Below, in pieces: positions 61,766-64,000 of a stretch of 64,000 nt of DNA. This DNA comes from Minisyncoccota bacterium (lineage in GTDB: Bacteria; Patescibacteriota; Minisyncoccia; Moranbacterales; GCA-2747515). The stretch is taken from positions 10,336-74,335 of the forward strand of contig CALDDM010000005.1 of NCBI GenBank assembly GCA_937936355.1, written 5' to 3'. The number at the start of each line of letters is the position of its first letter. Positions within the stretch are counted from its first letter, which is position 1. The position numbers and the translations under genes are program-made. Under the pieces are notes generated by a model that made no database searches, was not told where the DNA came from, and saw nothing but the letters and a program-made list of their open reading frames with translations.

Positions 61766-62575
61766 CTATAGCTCAACCAGCCGCGTCACTGCTTGACTGA
61801 TCTCATCTGTCGCGAGATTAAAGCCAATCGAGAAGTTGAAGTCTTCGTTTCCACACATGCCGTCCATACGGTCAATACCAACGCTAAATCCCTTTAAAAA
61901 GGCAAATCGCATACCAACCTTGTTGAAGGTTTCACTTGGCTCACATGGATCAGTGTCAGGATAAAAGTCTACCACAGGATGGTCCTGATACCGCTGGCCA
62001 CCCTTCAGGTAAACTGCCATATCCATACCATCAGTTACGGGAAAAATTGCTTGCGCTTCCCAGAAAACTAGATCCTGGCGCTGAATATCGGTCATGCTGT
62101 AATTTTCGTCCCAGACATTGCATCTGATATTACCCGTATCAGACCGCAGGCCGCCTCCAATACGGAAATACCCTGATGACTCGATGTCACCCTCAAGCCA
62201 CGCACGTGACTCAAAGCCAGAGTTCACACATGCAACATCAACTAGATTGTTGCCACGTGCAATCTCACGGGACGTCTGCATGTAGGACAGGTCAGCGCCG
62301 AAACGCATTGTTCTATCGACAGGAAAAATTTTCCCGAGGCCGATATTCCAATGGGCATCGTACTGGCCGTAGTCCGGGTGCGATGTCTGATTGAATCCAC
62401 CTCGGACTGTCAGATAGTCTGGCAGAACATCGTTGCGCATGCCAAGCTCTAGGCCAAACTGTCCGGAAGCGTTGGCACCTGCAGAATAACCCACACCCAG
62501 AGCCCCAAAATAATCGCTTGCCGTAGAGTGGCTGGAAAAAGCAAGTGCAGATAACACGCATAGTGTACGAATCAT
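61766..62575 (-). CDS. secreted outer-membrane beta-barrel-like protein (inverse-autotransporter beta-domain-like)
   Basis: Signal peptide; alternating strands GALGVGYS, FGLELG, WNIGLG, FGADLSY, VGMRFAF, FSVGID and FSIGFNL; GGAGG SD. Confidence 0.55.
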   Translation of the reverse strand: MIRTLCVLSALAFSSHSTASDYFGALGVGYSAGANASGQFGLELGMRNDVLPDYLTVRGGFNQTSHPDYGQYDAHWNIGLGKIFPVDRTMRFGADLSYMQTSREIARGNNLVDVACVNSGFESRAWLEGDIESSGYFRIGGGLRSDTGNIRCNVWDENYSMTDIQRQDLVFWEAQAIFPVTDGMDMAVYLKGGQRYQDHPVVDFYPDTDPCEPSETFNKVGMRFAFLKGFSVGIDRMDGMCGNEDFNFSIGFNLATDEISQAVTRLVEL

Positions 62576-62645
62576 TGAGTGATCCTCCATTTTAGAAAAG
62601 GTACAAAATTCGTAAGCCTAGGCTTACACATATTAAAACATTTGT

Positions 62646-62674
62646 ATTATACTATATTTATACCAATATGTCAA
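62646..62674 (-). promoter_or_regulatory. perfect consensus sigma70 promoter
   Basis: TTGACA-17 nt-TATAAT. Confidence 0.8.
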
Positions 62675-62744
62675 TTATTTGTTCTTGCATACAAAAAGAC
62701 CACTATGATGTGGTCTTTGTCCTGCACTGCCTCTCCACCTCTCT

Positions 62745-63344
62745 TTATGAGCTTTGTGAACCTTGGTCGATAGCTGAGACATCGCCCTCATCTCCAGAGG
62801 ACGTCTCTGTTTCTACATCTGTGTCTGTATCTGCGCTTACTTCTACCACGACATCTTTCTGCGCTTGGATTGCTGCCTCGTCTGTCGCATCTCCTAATTC
62901 TCCTACTTCCTTTGCCTCTTGCTCTGCTTCGCTGACCTCCTGTGACTCATCTACCTGAACTCCCTCATCGGAAGCGTTAGCCTCAGCACCTTCTTGCAGA
63001 TTCTTTTCTCGCACTTCTTCTCGCACCTCCTCTTGTGCTTCTTCATGCACTTCTTCTGGCGTCTTTTGCGCATCTGGCGTTTCACCTTCCGCTTCACTTT
63101 CACTCGCCTGATTTTTAGTCTCCTGCGTATTCACTTCCTTAGCCGGTTCAGCAGATACACCTTCATCTGCTTCTTCCGCCTCATTTCCTCATATGGGATT
63201 ATCTACGGTAGACTCATCAGCAGTGGATACCTCACCTCTTTGATCCACAACCTCGTCACCCTTCTGCCAACCCCCCCCCTGTACACTCACTTGCGCTTCG
63301 TCATCAATCATGACTGTTGTAGACGCTTCATTTTTTTCTAGCAT
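62745..63344 (-). pseudogene. very acidic, disordered ORF of 199 codons interrupted by one in-frame TGA
   Basis: Track ORFs 63189..63395 and 62745..63134 are in the same frame; only the TGA at 63189-63191 separates them. Confidence 0.65.
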
Positions 63345-63394
63345 CTTTTGCGGATACAATCCTTTTCCACTACTTGCACACAAAGTTATACACA

Positions 63395-63422
63395 AAAAAA
63401 CTCCGCTTAAGCGGAGTTTTTT
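63395..63422. terminator. bidirectional terminator (perfect palindrome)
   Basis: A6-CTCCGCTT|AAGCGGAG-T6. Confidence 0.75.
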
Positions 63423-63443
63423 GCCTCTTCTAGAGTATTTCTT

Positions 63444-64000
63444 CTATGATCGTGTGTAACGAAGACGAGTGATCAGCAGACCGCCACATACCAACATACT
63501 AGTTAAAACTGTCATCCCAATCCACAGGAGGAGATTTGTTCCAGTTTTTGCAAGTACATGCGCATCCCTGAGGAAACCAAAGTCTGTATCTGTGTCATGA
63601 TCACAGCGATGTGTTACCTGATCAATGCCATTGAGCGCAGTCATGTCTCCATCCTCGTTGGAGAGTGTGTAGCCACGCAGCTCTTTGTCACTTAGCTTTA
63701 TGTCAATTGTATACTTCCCTGGCGGATATTTGCCAAAGTCGTATTTTCCTTTTGAATTTGTTTCTGTTTGTGCAATCACAACGCCGTCCTCATCTAAGAG
63801 ATAGACCGTTACATTTTTTATACCATCTTCTCGATCATCTTTCTTGCCGTCACGATCTTTGTCGATGTAGATGTATCCCTCAATGTCTTCGTGTTCGGAT
63901 TCCTGGCATGACAACCCTGGGATCGTGACTTGTGATGTGTCGCCAATGACATCAGTGAATGGGTTGTCTGACACTCCCGCAAAATCAAGTTTCCCATCGC
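63444..64000 (-). CDS. C-terminus of a surface protein: SdrD-B/Cna-B-like domain plus LPxTG-like sorting signal (5' end outside window)
   Basis: G..Y.D.D.DG..D..E.GI..V.V.L, T...G.Y.F and DFGF motifs; LAKTG, TM, RLRYTRS; frame open to the window edge. Confidence 0.8.
   Translation of the reverse strand, partial: DGKLDFAGVSDNPFTDVIGDTSQVTIPGLSCQESEHEDIEGYIYIDKDRDGKKDDREDGIKNVTVYLLDEDGVVIAQTETNSKGKYDFGKYPPGKYTIDIKLSDKELRGYTLSNEDGDMTALNGIDQVTHRCDHDTDTDFGFLRDAHVLAKTGTNLLLWIGMTVLTSMLVCGGLLITRLRYTRS

Noticed and set aside
62745..63344. Genome-wide UGA recoding (code 25) or selenocysteine
   Set aside because: All conserved genes translate intact in the standard code and several end at TGA; the context is low-complexity and not redox-like.

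Overview
Bacterial chromosomal window read with the standard genetic code; most genes are on the minus strand. The gene content and the pilB-pilC-minor pilin-pilMNO locus look like a Patescibacteria/CPR genome (Parcubacteria-like; this is inference). From left to right: (1) an oxidative pentose-phosphate and thiol-redox block (partial gnd, zwf, rpe, flavoprotein disulfide reductase, K+ channel, TVP38, rpiB, msrA, two thioredoxin-like proteins, two DUF3179 proteins, trxB, glutaredoxin); (2) tRNA-Arg(UCG); (3) a type IV pilus locus; (4) a 7-kb block of orphan membrane proteins ending in a rhomboid protease; (5) groEL with a CIRCE element but no adjacent groES; (6) a fragmented SUF Fe-S locus with msrAB and a repetitive lipoprotein; (7) secreted and surface proteins; (8) a second orphan block containing a putative lipase-like protein plus partner bracketed by identical 27-bp hairpins; (9) tRNA-Arg(GCG), tRNA-Ser(UGA), NADAR, recG and a GT4 glycosyltransferase; (10) an outer-membrane beta-barrel-like gene, a TGA-interrupted acidic ORF and the end of an LPxTG-like surface protein. 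The most notable pattern is a split in translation signals. Many conserved genes have a -10 box 5-6 nt before the ATG and no Shine-Dalgarno (SD) sequence, so they look leaderless. Most orphan genes instead carry a strong AGGAG/GGAGG SD, a near-consensus sigma70 promoter and their own terminator, like self-contained cassettes. No integrase, transposase, CRISPR array or rRNA was seen. All family calls are by motif recognition from memory, not by database search.
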